Below, in pieces: positions 1 to 8,714 of a stretch of 29,002 bases of DNA; position 1 is the stretch's first letter; the number at the start of each line of letters is the position of its first letter. The notes under the pieces were generated by a model, which saw nothing but the letters and a program-made list of their open reading frames with translations, was not told the origin of the DNA and made no database searches. The translations under genes and the position numbers were made by a program. Location of the stretch: positions 1-29,002 of the IMG/VR virus record IMGVR_UViG_3300027973_000167. The stretch is one strand, 5' to 3'. Source of the DNA: a virus (taxonomy: Duplodnaviria; Caudoviricetes).

Positions 1-873
1 ATGCTGGAGGAACACGTGGCCACCGGGTTCACCGATCTCGACCGCATGACCGGCGGCTTGAAAGCGGGGCAGCTCATGATCGTGGCGGCCCGCCCTGCCC
101 AGGGGAAGACTTCGCTTGTCAGCAACCTCGCGCACAAGGCAGCCTTGGGAGCCACTGCCATGGACTACAAGGATGGGCTGAAGAATGTCAGGCCCAAGAG
201 AGTGGCGTTCATTTCGCTGGAAATGGGCGCGGATGAAATCCTGATGCGCGAGTATGTCGGCGGCTCCGGTGTGGACCTCACCGCCATGCGTAGCGGCTTA
301 CCGCTCCGCCGTGATCAGCAGGCAGATCTTCAGATCCAGCAGCGCGTGCTGATGAATGCAGACATTCAGTGGCTCGACACCCCTGGCATCACCGTGCAAA
401 CGCTGCGCGGGAAGCTGCGCAAACTGAAATCACGGCGCGGACTTGACATCATCATCATCGACTACCTGCAACTGCTCAAAAGCAGCAGCCGCCGAGCCAA
501 AGGCAACCGCGAGCAGGAGATTGCCGACATTAGCGCCACGCTGAAGGAAATGGCCAAAGAACTTCAGGTGCCCGTGCTAGTGCTGGCCCAGCTCAACCGG
601 AAGGCCGAGGATCGCAAGGATGGCCGGCCTGAACTGTCCGACCTGCGCGAGAGCGGCAGCATCGAGCAGGATGCCGACATCGTGGGCCTCCTGTGGCGCG
701 GCAGCTATTACAACGAAGAACTGCCCGAGGAGGAAACCCGCTTGATCATTGCCAAGCATCGCGGCGGTCCCGTGGGTGACATCGTGCTGAAGTGGGAAGC
801 CCGCCGCACGCAGTTCACCAGCACCTGTTTCTACCTGCACAGCAACAACGAAGCCAACCGGCAACAACACTGA
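1..873 (+). CDS. dnaB: Replicative DNA helicase, DnaB C-terminal ATPase domain (N-terminus probably upstream of the window)
   Basis: Walker A AARPAQGKT, FISLEM, IIIDYLQLL (Walker B), LAQLNR, DLRESGSIEQDAD and KHRGGP are all DnaB motifs. Only 290 aa and it starts at base 1. Confidence 0.95.
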   Translation: MLEEHVATGFTDLDRMTGGLKAGQLMIVAARPAQGKTSLVSNLAHKAALGATAMDYKDGLKNVRPKRVAFISLEMGADEILMREYVGGSGVDLTAMRSGLPLRRDQQADLQIQQRVLMNADIQWLDTPGITVQTLRGKLRKLKSRRGLDIIIIDYLQLLKSSSRRAKGNREQEIADISATLKEMAKELQVPVLVLAQLNRKAEDRKDGRPELSDLRESGSIEQDADIVGLLWRGSYYNEELPEEETRLIIAKHRGGPVGDIVLKWEARRTQFTSTCFYLHSNNEANRQQH

Positions 874-916
874 TTAGCAACCCAAACCAGACACACCCAA
901 AGAAGCAACAACGACC

Positions 917-1327
917 ATGCCGAACAAACTCAGACTGAACATTGACCTGTCCAAGATCCAAGGCGCTCTGTGGTTCACTTCGCCGAAGTCGGGCGAAAAG
1001 TGCCTTGTCATCGTGCCGTCCAAGTCGCGCATGAAGCGCTACGAATCCAAAAAAGAGGGTGCGCAGGATGCCATGTATTTCAGCGCCGAGATCGTGCCGC
1101 TGAAGAATCCGCCACTGGACCGGGAGGACACGCATTTTGTGGTGGAGCCGACCACCCGCGACGAGCGCGAGCAGGCCAATCCGCCCCGACTGCCGATCCT
1201 GGGCAGTGCGCGGGAGTTTGCCCCGTATGGCAACTCACCCAACCAGCCGCGGACCACCCCAGCAGCGCAGGCCAGCGATGGCGCTAGCCTGACCGATGGC
1301 CTGGAGGATGACGACATTCCGTTTTGA
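917..1327 (+). CDS. Putative single-stranded DNA-binding protein
   Basis: Beta-rich core, flexible linker and acidic SSB-type tail LEDDDIPF. Directly follows the helicase. Confidence 0.65.
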   Translation: MPNKLRLNIDLSKIQGALWFTSPKSGEKCLVIVPSKSRMKRYESKKEGAQDAMYFSAEIVPLKNPPLDREDTHFVVEPTTRDEREQANPPRLPILGSAREFAPYGNSPNQPRTTPAAQASDGASLTDGLEDDDIPF

Positions 1328-1362
1328 TCAGTCCACCGCTCACCTCACACCCACAACGCTCT

Positions 1363-2016
1363 ATGCCTCTTCACGAAACCTCCATTCCTCCTCTCAAGTG
1401 CCTCGTTCGCCGCGAGTTCATGACCGGCAACCCGGAGCATGTTGGTCAATACGAAAGCGGCGTGGCGGTGTCGGTGCGGAGCATTCCCGGCTCTTGCGCT
1501 TTGTTTCAGGTGTTGCTCGAGAACGGCGCGTTGCGCGACAAGCTGCCGATTCATGCGCTGCATGATTTCGAGCACGCGCATGTCCACCCGTTCCACCACC
1601 TGCAACTGTGGAATTGTTTCAGTGCGAACTTCGCCATTGTGGAGATCAATTTCCTGTCCGGGCTGCGCGTGTCAGTGCACCTCAAAGACGGCACCTGGGT
1701 GGATGGCATCTACCTGTGGACGCTGCAATGGGGGCCGGACTACACGCACGGCGCAGACATCACGCTGGCGATCCATCCGCAGGAGCACAAGAGCGGGCAT
1801 TTCATCGCGCTGGATAGCGGAGAGTTCGCCATCCAGCCGAACAACCGGCTGCGCTGGCATGAGCCCAGCCACGTCACCAAGCCCTTCCCTGCGCGGCCTG
1901 ATTACGTGGTGAACGAGGACGAGTGGAACTGCGAAGCCCACGCCAAGTGGACCACCGAGGACTCCACCGCGTGGCACTACGACACGACGGAGGCCACCAC
2001 CCATTCCCCCACATGA
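1363..2016 (+). CDS. Conserved phage hypothetical protein
   Basis: ATG at 1363 preferred over the track's TTG at 1324. Motifs (IPP..C.VRREF, SIPG...LF..LLENGA...KLPI.A, LQLWNCFS, EHKS, QPNNR.RW..PS) resemble, from memory, a widespread aquatic-phage family. Stop overlaps the next start (ATGA). Confidence 0.7.
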   Translation: MPLHETSIPPLKCLVRREFMTGNPEHVGQYESGVAVSVRSIPGSCALFQVLLENGALRDKLPIHALHDFEHAHVHPFHHLQLWNCFSANFAIVEINFLSGLRVSVHLKDGTWVDGIYLWTLQWGPDYTHGADITLAIHPQEHKSGHFIALDSGEFAIQPNNRLRWHEPSHVTKPFPARPDYVVNEDEWNCEAHAKWTTEDSTAWHYDTTEATTHSPT

Positions 2017-2546
2017 ACTCACCACCCGCACAACCCAAGCTGCCGCTAACGCTGCCGGATGGCTCGGCATTGGCGGAACCATTGCAGATGGAAATGGCGC
2101 GGCACTCGGGGGTGCGGTTTTTTGAGCAGCACCGCGAGGCTGGGGAAGCAGTGCTGCAACTGCTGCGTGAGGGCGTGCCGGTGTCGGAGGTAGCGCGGAC
2201 CATTGGCCCCTACGTGGGCCGATCAAACGAAGGCACCACCGATACCGGTTTGCGCAAGCTAGTGGAGCGCTTCGGCGCTTATCACCAAGTCAAAATGGGC
2301 GGCGTTATTGCGGGGCGGGCGGCGATGGTGGCCAATGAGGCGTTGGCACAGATGCAGGAGGTTTTGCCGCGCGCCACGCACAGGGAGCTGGGCGCGCTGT
2401 CCATGGCAGCCACCCAGGCCACGCAAATTGAGCGCGAGGCGGCTGGCGTGTCGCTGCCACCTATTCGACATGTGCACCTGCATGTCACCCCCGAGGATTT
2501 AGAACGCATGGAACGCGAAGCTTCAGGACCCATCATTGACGCATGA
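2013..2546 (+). CDS. Probable terminase small subunit
   Basis: HTH-like segment (VLQLLREGVPVSEVARTIG) followed by oligomerisation-type helices. ATGA-coupled to the genes on both sides and directly upstream of the large terminase. Confidence 0.6.
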   Translation: MNSPPAQPKLPLTLPDGSALAEPLQMEMARHSGVRFFEQHREAGEAVLQLLREGVPVSEVARTIGPYVGRSNEGTTDTGLRKLVERFGAYHQVKMGGVIAGRAAMVANEALAQMQEVLPRATHRELGALSMAATQATQIEREAAGVSLPPIRHVHLHVTPEDLERMEREASGPIIDA

Positions 2547-4528
2547 GTGACACCTTGAAATTCTACGAGTTGCTGGCCGAGCAGCAAGAGCCGCACCCGT
2601 TCAAACGCGCTTCGGCAGAGTCATTGGAACGCATGGGCCGCGACAAGGCCGCCAGCTATGTGAACAGCCGCGCCGAATTGATTCAGCTCTCGCGTAAGCA
2701 GCCATTGTCCCATGCGTGGGAGCCTCCCATTTGGCGGCAGATTGACCTGCGCGTGGTGCGCAAGCGGCTGCAATTCCCTGGCCAGGTGCTCAAGGTGTTT
2801 GTCACCGGCGGCATGAGACCGGGCAAGACCTTTTCGTGTGCGCGGCGGATGGTGGCGCATTGGCTTTACACGCAGAACGCGGCGGTGTTCGCCTTGGCGG
2901 AGACGGTGGAGACGAGCCGCAGCATTCAGCAGAAGGTGGTGGAGTTCTTCTTGCCTGATGAGGTATCGCCCGAGGATGGCAAGCGCTCCGCCAAGAACAC
3001 CAAGACCGGCGGCAAGCATGAGCGGTTCAAGTTCAGCGGTGGGCACTTCACCAATGAGCAGTTCTCGCTGCTGGTGCCGGTGCTGGATGCGCAGGAGCAG
3101 GAATACCTGGGCGGTGGCGAGTTTGTGTTTCGCTTCTTCTCGCAGGGATTGGAACGCTTCCAGGGATTCTCCCTGACATCCGCCTGGAGTGACGAGCTGG
3201 TGCCGCTCACGCATGTGAAGGCAGTGCATGAACGTATGGTGACGCGGGCCGTGGACACACGAAAGCCTGCTTTCCTGGACGAGATGCGGTTAATCGAGCG
3301 CACGCTGGAAGAGGGCAAGCGGCTGACCGTGCGGCAGATGGGCATGCTCTACCACGGCGTGCACCTGATCAGCTTCACGCCCTACTTAGGCTGGAACGAA
3401 ACGGTGAATTATTTCCTGAATGGCGCAGTGAAGGGAGAGATGGAGGTGTCGCCAGACTTGGAGGGTCGGGACGGCGTGCTGGACCCGCGCGTGCCCCGCT
3501 TTGCCCAGCCGCGCGATCCCACGGCCTTGGTGGCCTACGTGTTCACCCAGGACAACCAGATTGCCCCCGCGTATGAGGGCCTGCGCGCGGAGCTGCGCCA
3601 TGCACCAGAGCGCGAGATCCGGATCAAGCTGCATGGCGACGTGAGCCAGGACAACGCGGTGGTGTTCTCCAGCTTCGGCGAGCGGCACCTGTGCGATTGG
3701 CAGGACCTGCCGCGCACGAATTGCACGCTGTGGGAGGTGATCGACTTCGGCAAGAAGAAGCCCGCCTTTGTGCAGTGGTGGCTGGTAGATGTGCGCGGCT
3801 ATCGCTGGCTGGCGCAGGAGTGGCCCAGCCCAAAAATAGGCATCCCGATTGATGGCCGCGTAGTCCTGCCCGGCCCGTGGGCCGTGCCCAGCGAAAGCGG
3901 CCGCGTGAATGGCGATGAAGGCCCGGCCTATCGTCTGGACCTTCGCTGGAACAGTGAGCGCATGGTGCGGGAGATTTGGGCTATGCGCGCGCGGCTGATG
4001 GCCAAGCTGAAGGAGACCGGGGCCGAGTATCAGGGCAGCATCCAGAGCGCGGAGCTAACCTGGACCAAGGAATTAAAAGATGCTGGCAAGACGCTGCAAG
4101 GCCCATTTGCCCTCCCCTACCAGACCATCCCCGACCCTCGCGGCGTGGAGGAGTCGATTGAAGGCGTCAAGCTAGGCAACAAATATGAGGAGTGCCAAAA
4201 CGGAATCCTGCTATCACCGTGGAAGGCGGACAACGGCGAAACGATTGTCAGCGCGCCGAGCGATGACGACGGCATCAAGCTCATCTTGGAAGACCTCAAC
4301 AGCATCATCGACGACGTGCCCATGATGCGCATCAACCGCGAGTGCGAGAACGCACAATTCATGCTGACCACCTTCGCCCTGCCACCGCACAAGGACGGCC
4401 CCGCCCGCAAGGATGAAGCCTGTGTGGAGAGCTTCGACTGCATGAAATACTTCCTAGCCTGGGACCCGTGGCATGTGGACCGGCAACGCTGGGTGGACAT
4501 GAACGCGGACGGCTTTGGCTACGGATGA
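2543..4528 (+). CDS. terL: Terminase large subunit
   Basis: Walker A GGMRPGKT, Walker B AWSDE, coupling motif SFTP, nuclease acidic motif VIDFG and C-terminal KDEAC...DCMKY. Lies upstream of the portal. Confidence 0.88.
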   Translation: MSDTLKFYELLAEQQEPHPFKRASAESLERMGRDKAASYVNSRAELIQLSRKQPLSHAWEPPIWRQIDLRVVRKRLQFPGQVLKVFVTGGMRPGKTFSCARRMVAHWLYTQNAAVFALAETVETSRSIQQKVVEFFLPDEVSPEDGKRSAKNTKTGGKHERFKFSGGHFTNEQFSLLVPVLDAQEQEYLGGGEFVFRFFSQGLERFQGFSLTSAWSDELVPLTHVKAVHERMVTRAVDTRKPAFLDEMRLIERTLEEGKRLTVRQMGMLYHGVHLISFTPYLGWNETVNYFLNGAVKGEMEVSPDLEGRDGVLDPRVPRFAQPRDPTALVAYVFTQDNQIAPAYEGLRAELRHAPEREIRIKLHGDVSQDNAVVFSSFGERHLCDWQDLPRTNCTLWEVIDFGKKKPAFVQWWLVDVRGYRWLAQEWPSPKIGIPIDGRVVLPGPWAVPSESGRVNGDEGPAYRLDLRWNSERMVREIWAMRARLMAKLKETGAEYQGSIQSAELTWTKELKDAGKTLQGPFALPYQTIPDPRGVEESIEGVKLGNKYEECQNGILLSPWKADNGETIVSAPSDDDGIKLILEDLNSIIDDVPMMRINRECENAQFMLTTFALPPHKDGPARKDEACVESFDCMKYFLAWDPWHVDRQRWVDMNADGFGYG

Positions 4529-4562
4529 ACACGCTAACAACACACCAACAGACAACTACACG

Positions 4563-5183
4563 ATGAGCAACAAACCCATTTTCTATCCTATCATCGACAA
4601 CGGCATGGGCCTTTCCGTCACCGCCTGGGCGATGTCCATGCTAGTTGCCACGGGCGGGGACCGCATATTCTGCCACATCTCATCCCCGTATTGCGGCTAT
4701 GCCATGGACATGGCCACGCACCAGTTCCTCGATAGCGAGTGTGATGAAATGGTGCTGATCGACACCGACTTGATATTCACACCGCAGGATTTGCAGCACT
4801 TGATGGAGCATTGCAACGAGCCGCTGGTATTTGGTGTTTACCCAAAGCGAAAAGTGAAGTTTGACCTGCCGCTGGTGACGCTGCCGGATAAGCCGCGTCC
4901 GTTTGATGATCCCGGCCCGTTGTGCGAGGTGGCCAAGACCGCGCGCGGATTCATGCGGGTGCATCGGTCCGTGTTTGAGAAAATGAAGCCCCATGTGCCG
5001 CTGCTCTCGGGCGAGTTTGGCAACTTTTACCACTTCTGGCCACTGGCACCGGACGGCACTAGCGAGGACTTCGCCTTCTGCGCCAAGTGGCGCGAGCTGG
5101 GCGGCAAGATCCTCATCGACAAACGCATCCTGGTTCGGCACGCGGGGCAGGTGACTTATCCCATTCACGCGCCGCACGCTTGA
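4563..5183 (+). CDS. GT-A fold (family 2-like) glycosyltransferase
   Basis: DxD in LIDTDL, then GVYPKR, GFMRVHRSVFEKM and SEDFAFC..WRELGGKI.ID....H.G. ATG at 4563 preferred. Confidence 0.75.
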   Translation: MSNKPIFYPIIDNGMGLSVTAWAMSMLVATGGDRIFCHISSPYCGYAMDMATHQFLDSECDEMVLIDTDLIFTPQDLQHLMEHCNEPLVFGVYPKRKVKFDLPLVTLPDKPRPFDDPGPLCEVAKTARGFMRVHRSVFEKMKPHVPLLSGEFGNFYHFWPLAPDGTSEDFAFCAKWRELGGKILIDKRILVRHAGQVTYPIHAPHA

Positions 5184-5215
5184 ACCCCAGTAACAACACA
5201 TAACCAGCCACCACG

Positions 5216-5668
5216 ATGGAAAACCCGACCGATACCACGACCCTGACAGAACCCGTGCGCGAAAGCGTGCTGGCGCAACGGCTCAACATTCCCCGGCAAC
5301 AGTTCAAGGCATGGCGAGAGAATGGGGTGTCATTGCTCACGCCGCTGCACTGGTGGAAAGACGAACAGGGCGCGTATATGCTGACCGCTGCCGGTCAAGA
5401 GCGCGTGCTGGAGATCATGCAAGTGCCCACGGAGCAAACGCCGCCACCGCCTGTCACCGTGCCACTGGTGGCGGTGTGCTCGGGGGCCATGAATCGCGTG
5501 CTGCGCTGCCGCTCGCCGGAAGGCGGGCCCCAGGTGTCGGTGCGGTTGATGGGGGCCAGAGTCTTTGCCGGCCTGTTCCGCCGGGGTGACCGCATTGAGG
5601 CAACGCCTACCGAAACAGAAGGAATTTACGAGTATGACGGGACCGTGCCGCGCAGAACCAGACTGTAA
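5216..5668 (+). CDS. Hypothetical protein, possible N-terminal HTH plus C-terminal beta domain
   Basis: Clean ORF with genome-typical codon use. ESVLAQRLNIPRQQFKAWR is HTH-like. Confidence 0.6.
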   Translation: MENPTDTTTLTEPVRESVLAQRLNIPRQQFKAWRENGVSLLTPLHWWKDEQGAYMLTAAGQERVLEIMQVPTEQTPPPPVTVPLVAVCSGAMNRVLRCRSPEGGPQVSVRLMGARVFAGLFRRGDRIEATPTETEGIYEYDGTVPRRTRL

Positions 5669-5684
5669 TCAGCTGACTCAATTT

Positions 5685-5885
5685 ATGCCACGCCTATTCA
5701 TGACCTATGCCGAAGTGGTGGAAGCTCTGATGGCCGCTGGCTTGCGACGGCGCGAGGCGCGGGCACGCTTGGTGCGCGGGCAGGAACAGCTGACACCGCA
5801 CCGGCACACCATGCACACTCAGCGCCGCTGGCTGCGCACGGTGGTGGTGCGCTACTGTGAGGAGCTGACTAGAACCGTGACTTGA
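5685..5885 (+). CDS. Small basic protein, possible AlpA/excisionase-like winged helix
   Basis: MPRLFMTYAEVVEAL...RRWLRTVV pattern, 66 aa. Fills the gap before the portal. Confidence 0.5.
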   Translation: MPRLFMTYAEVVEALMAAGLRRREARARLVRGQEQLTPHRHTMHTQRRWLRTVVVRYCEELTRTVT

Positions 5886-5910
5886 CATTTCGCCCGCTTG
5901 CTCGCAAACT
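5882..5910 (+). promoter_or_regulatory. Putative sigma70-type promoter for the portal operon
   Basis: TTGACA (5882-5887), 17 bp spacer, weak -10 CAAACT (5905-5910). Lies about 60 nt before ATG 5969. Confidence 0.45.
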
Positions 5911-5968
5911 CGCCCCGCCTTTGGGGAAGGGTGCGTGCGATGCAAAACTACTGCACCGCCATTCCTTC

Positions 5969-8302
5969 ATGTCATCCCCCGCTGAACTTCCTGTGGAGAC
6001 CGAACCGGATCGTCCCTTGGTCGATTTTAGAGTGGCGGATGTGATCAATGAGATGGACGCGGCATGTGCCGATGCGGGTTGGTTCCTCAAGACCATGCAG
6101 CGCAACAACCAGACCATGGCTAGCTGGTGGTCTGGCAAGGACTACACCGGCAAGAAGAGCAACGCACCGGGCCGCGATGCCAAGCCCTTCAATGGCGCGT
6201 CTGACAGCGACGCCTTCCTGGCCAAGACGGTGATCCGCAAGCGCAATGCCATGCGTGTGGCAGGGCTAGCGCGCGGGGCTTTGCAGGTGACGCCGACCGG
6301 CAGCGACGATGCGCGCAAGGCGGGGCTCATGCGTCAAGTGCTGCGCTATTTTCTCAATGGTCCCATGAAGTCTGAGGTGCTGACCCAGGGCGTGCGCGCA
6401 GGCAGCTATGCCGACCGCTACCGGTGCAGCCTGCTCTATGTCGGCTGGAAGGAGGAGCGCGGCGTAGAGCCCGTGCGCTTCACCGCGGCGGAGATCGCCG
6501 GGGCCATGCAGCAGATGGACGCGCAATTCCTCACCGCAGAGCAGGACGGCATGGTGCTGCAAGAGGAGCCGCAGACGGATTACCTCGCCGTTGTCCAGAC
6601 CGGCCCAGCAGATGACATCGCCAAGCTCATGGTGCAGATGCAGCCAGGCCTAGCCGCCCGTGGTGCGGAAGGGCTGAAGCAAGCCAAACGAGCGCTGGCT
6701 CAGCTGCGCCGGGGTGATCCTGAAGGCGTGGCCTATGCCAGCTATGTCAAGCGCTCGTCACCCATTTGGGAGGCACTGCAACCCTTTGTTGACGTCTTCT
6801 TTCCAGCCGAAGCCTTCATGGAAGACGGGCTGGAAAGCTGCCGCTGGATTGCGCGGGTGCAGTGGCGCAGCGCGCAGTGGATCAAGGAGCAGGCGGCCAT
6901 TCATGGCTGGGATGCAAAATGGGTGACCGAGGTGCTGGCCAATCACAAGGGCCGCAGTCGCATGTTGGCCAAGCGGCTCATTTCCACCCCGTGGGCACTC
7001 ACCACGCTAGGCGTTGGTTGGGGGGCCAAGATCAACAGCGAGACGCACCAGCACCTTTACGAGATCATCGAGCTATGGGACCGCAGCATGACCAGCGACG
7101 GACTCACCGGCACTTACCGCACCGTGTTGCACGCAGATGTAGGCGAGATGGTAGCCAAACGTGAACTGCGCGCCGATTGGGATGGCATGTATCCGTTTGT
7201 TCCGTTCAAGTTTGACCTGGACGAGAAGATGCTGTTGGCCGGTGACTCCCTGCCCGAGCTGACACAGACCGCACAGCAGGACATCAAGGCCCAGCTGGAT
7301 GCACGCAAGGACGTGGCCAGCATGACCACCTACCCCGTGTGGACGGGCGACCCTGAGCTAGCCAATCTGCGCCCCTCGCCAGGGCAATTCCTGCCTGCAC
7401 TGCGTGGCAAGCTACCAGAGGTGCTGAAGCTCAATCCACCAGATGGGCGCAGCGTGGAGATCGAGCGTGCCGTGCGCGACTCCATTGACGAGATGTTTGG
7501 CTTTGAAAGCACCCGCCTAGGCAGCGCACAGTCCATGACCATGCAGCAGGCAGAGATGGATTGGTTTATGTCCAGCATCTCGCAGGCCGTGGCCCGCACC
7601 GCGCGGCTTATTCAGCAATACATGGCCCCGTTGCGCAGCGCGCGGATTGCGGGGACCAACGAACTGGTGACAGCCACCGCCGAGGAGGTGCGCGGGGGGT
7701 TTGACTTTGCCAGCAGCTTCAACGTCATGTCCACCGACGTGAAGTGGGTGAAGGAGCACCTGGGCATGATCAAGGACACCGTGCTGGCGCTGGACAATCG
7801 CGGCTACATCAACACACTGCCCATCCTTGAGGCCGGGCTGAACATGATCGACCCGCAGCTGGCCGAGCGCAGCTTGCCCAAGACCAACGACGACGCGCAG
7901 CAGCAGTCCGTAGACACGGCCAATGCCGCGCTGGCAGACATCTTCACCGGTGGGGCACCCATGGTGAAGGAAGGCATGGACTTCGGCGGTATCGCCCAAG
8001 CCATGACCGACGAGATCAACCGCAGCCCGCTACGGCAGCAGAGCATCATTGGCGGCACCCAGGTCTATGCCGCGCTGACCGCTTACATGAGTTCTCTGGT
8101 GAACAACGACGTGCAGCACGGCGGCGAAAATGCCCGCGTGGGCAAGACGCTGATGGAGGACCCGCTACGCCAGCCGAAGCCTGCCGAGCAGTTGCTGGCC
8201 ATGCTGGAGCAACTGCCGCCAGGCGTGAGCCTGTATCAACTGCTGAATCAATCCCCTGCCGCGCCGATGCAGCCGCAGCAGGCGCAACAGATGGCTGCTT
8301 AA
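5969..8302 (+). CDS. Portal protein (podovirus-like, long)
   Basis: 777 aa between terminase and scaffold/capsid. Portal-like segments KPFNGASD, YEIIELW, YPFVPFKF and a Gln-rich C-terminal tail. Confidence 0.8.
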   Translation: MSSPAELPVETEPDRPLVDFRVADVINEMDAACADAGWFLKTMQRNNQTMASWWSGKDYTGKKSNAPGRDAKPFNGASDSDAFLAKTVIRKRNAMRVAGLARGALQVTPTGSDDARKAGLMRQVLRYFLNGPMKSEVLTQGVRAGSYADRYRCSLLYVGWKEERGVEPVRFTAAEIAGAMQQMDAQFLTAEQDGMVLQEEPQTDYLAVVQTGPADDIAKLMVQMQPGLAARGAEGLKQAKRALAQLRRGDPEGVAYASYVKRSSPIWEALQPFVDVFFPAEAFMEDGLESCRWIARVQWRSAQWIKEQAAIHGWDAKWVTEVLANHKGRSRMLAKRLISTPWALTTLGVGWGAKINSETHQHLYEIIELWDRSMTSDGLTGTYRTVLHADVGEMVAKRELRADWDGMYPFVPFKFDLDEKMLLAGDSLPELTQTAQQDIKAQLDARKDVASMTTYPVWTGDPELANLRPSPGQFLPALRGKLPEVLKLNPPDGRSVEIERAVRDSIDEMFGFESTRLGSAQSMTMQQAEMDWFMSSISQAVARTARLIQQYMAPLRSARIAGTNELVTATAEEVRGGFDFASSFNVMSTDVKWVKEHLGMIKDTVLALDNRGYINTLPILEAGLNMIDPQLAERSLPKTNDDAQQQSVDTANAALADIFTGGAPMVKEGMDFGGIAQAMTDEINRSPLRQQSIIGGTQVYAALTAYMSSLVNNDVQHGGENARVGKTLMEDPLRQPKPAEQLLAMLEQLPPGVSLYQLLNQSPAAPMQPQQAQQMAA

Positions 8303-8314
8303 CCCTGCAACCAC

Positions 8315-8626
8315 ATGAGCCACATCTATTTCCGCCCGCTATTCCTGCCCGGCACCACTGACAAGCTGACCCATGAGCAACTGACGGACATGGTGACCGA
8401 ACGGCAGCGCATCATCCGTGATCATGCGCAGCACAAGGCCGTCCGCGCCATCGCAGAAATGCTGGACTTGCAAGCGGCACGGCTGACCATGCAAGCCCTA
8501 GAGACCGAGGTGACCAACCGCGAGCACGCTGTGGGCCAGGCGTATGGCGTGGGCTATGTCACCAGCGTGTTGCAACGCATCATGGAGGCCGAGCCTGAAA
8601 ACGAGGAGCCAAGTGACGAGGATTGA
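8315..8626 (+). CDS. Small helical protein between portal and scaffold
   Basis: 103 aa with REHAVGQAYG helix and acidic tail, in a position typical of podovirus head modules. Confidence 0.65.
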   Translation: MSHIYFRPLFLPGTTDKLTHEQLTDMVTERQRIIRDHAQHKAVRAIAEMLDLQAARLTMQALETEVTNREHAVGQAYGVGYVTSVLQRIMEAEPENEEPSDED

Positions 8627-8629
8627 GTC

Positions 8630-8702
8630 CGTGTCTAAAAGCGTGTCAAACCGTGCCAAACTACGCCGTGGTTTGAAATGTTAAACGCTTTGCCTGTAAG
8701 GT
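8630..8702 (+). promoter_or_regulatory. Putative promoter with upstream direct repeats
   Basis: Three near-tandem repeats CGTGTCTAA / CGTGTCAAA / CGTGCCAAA (8630-8660), then TTGAAA (8673-8678), 18 bp spacer and TAAGGT (8697-8702). Confidence 0.4.
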
Positions 8703-8714
8703 GCCGCCATTCGT

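Noticed and set aside
5882-5968. TTG start giving an 806 aa portal
   Set aside because: The TTG is part of a TTGACA -35-like box and the extension looks non-coding. ATG 5969 preferred.
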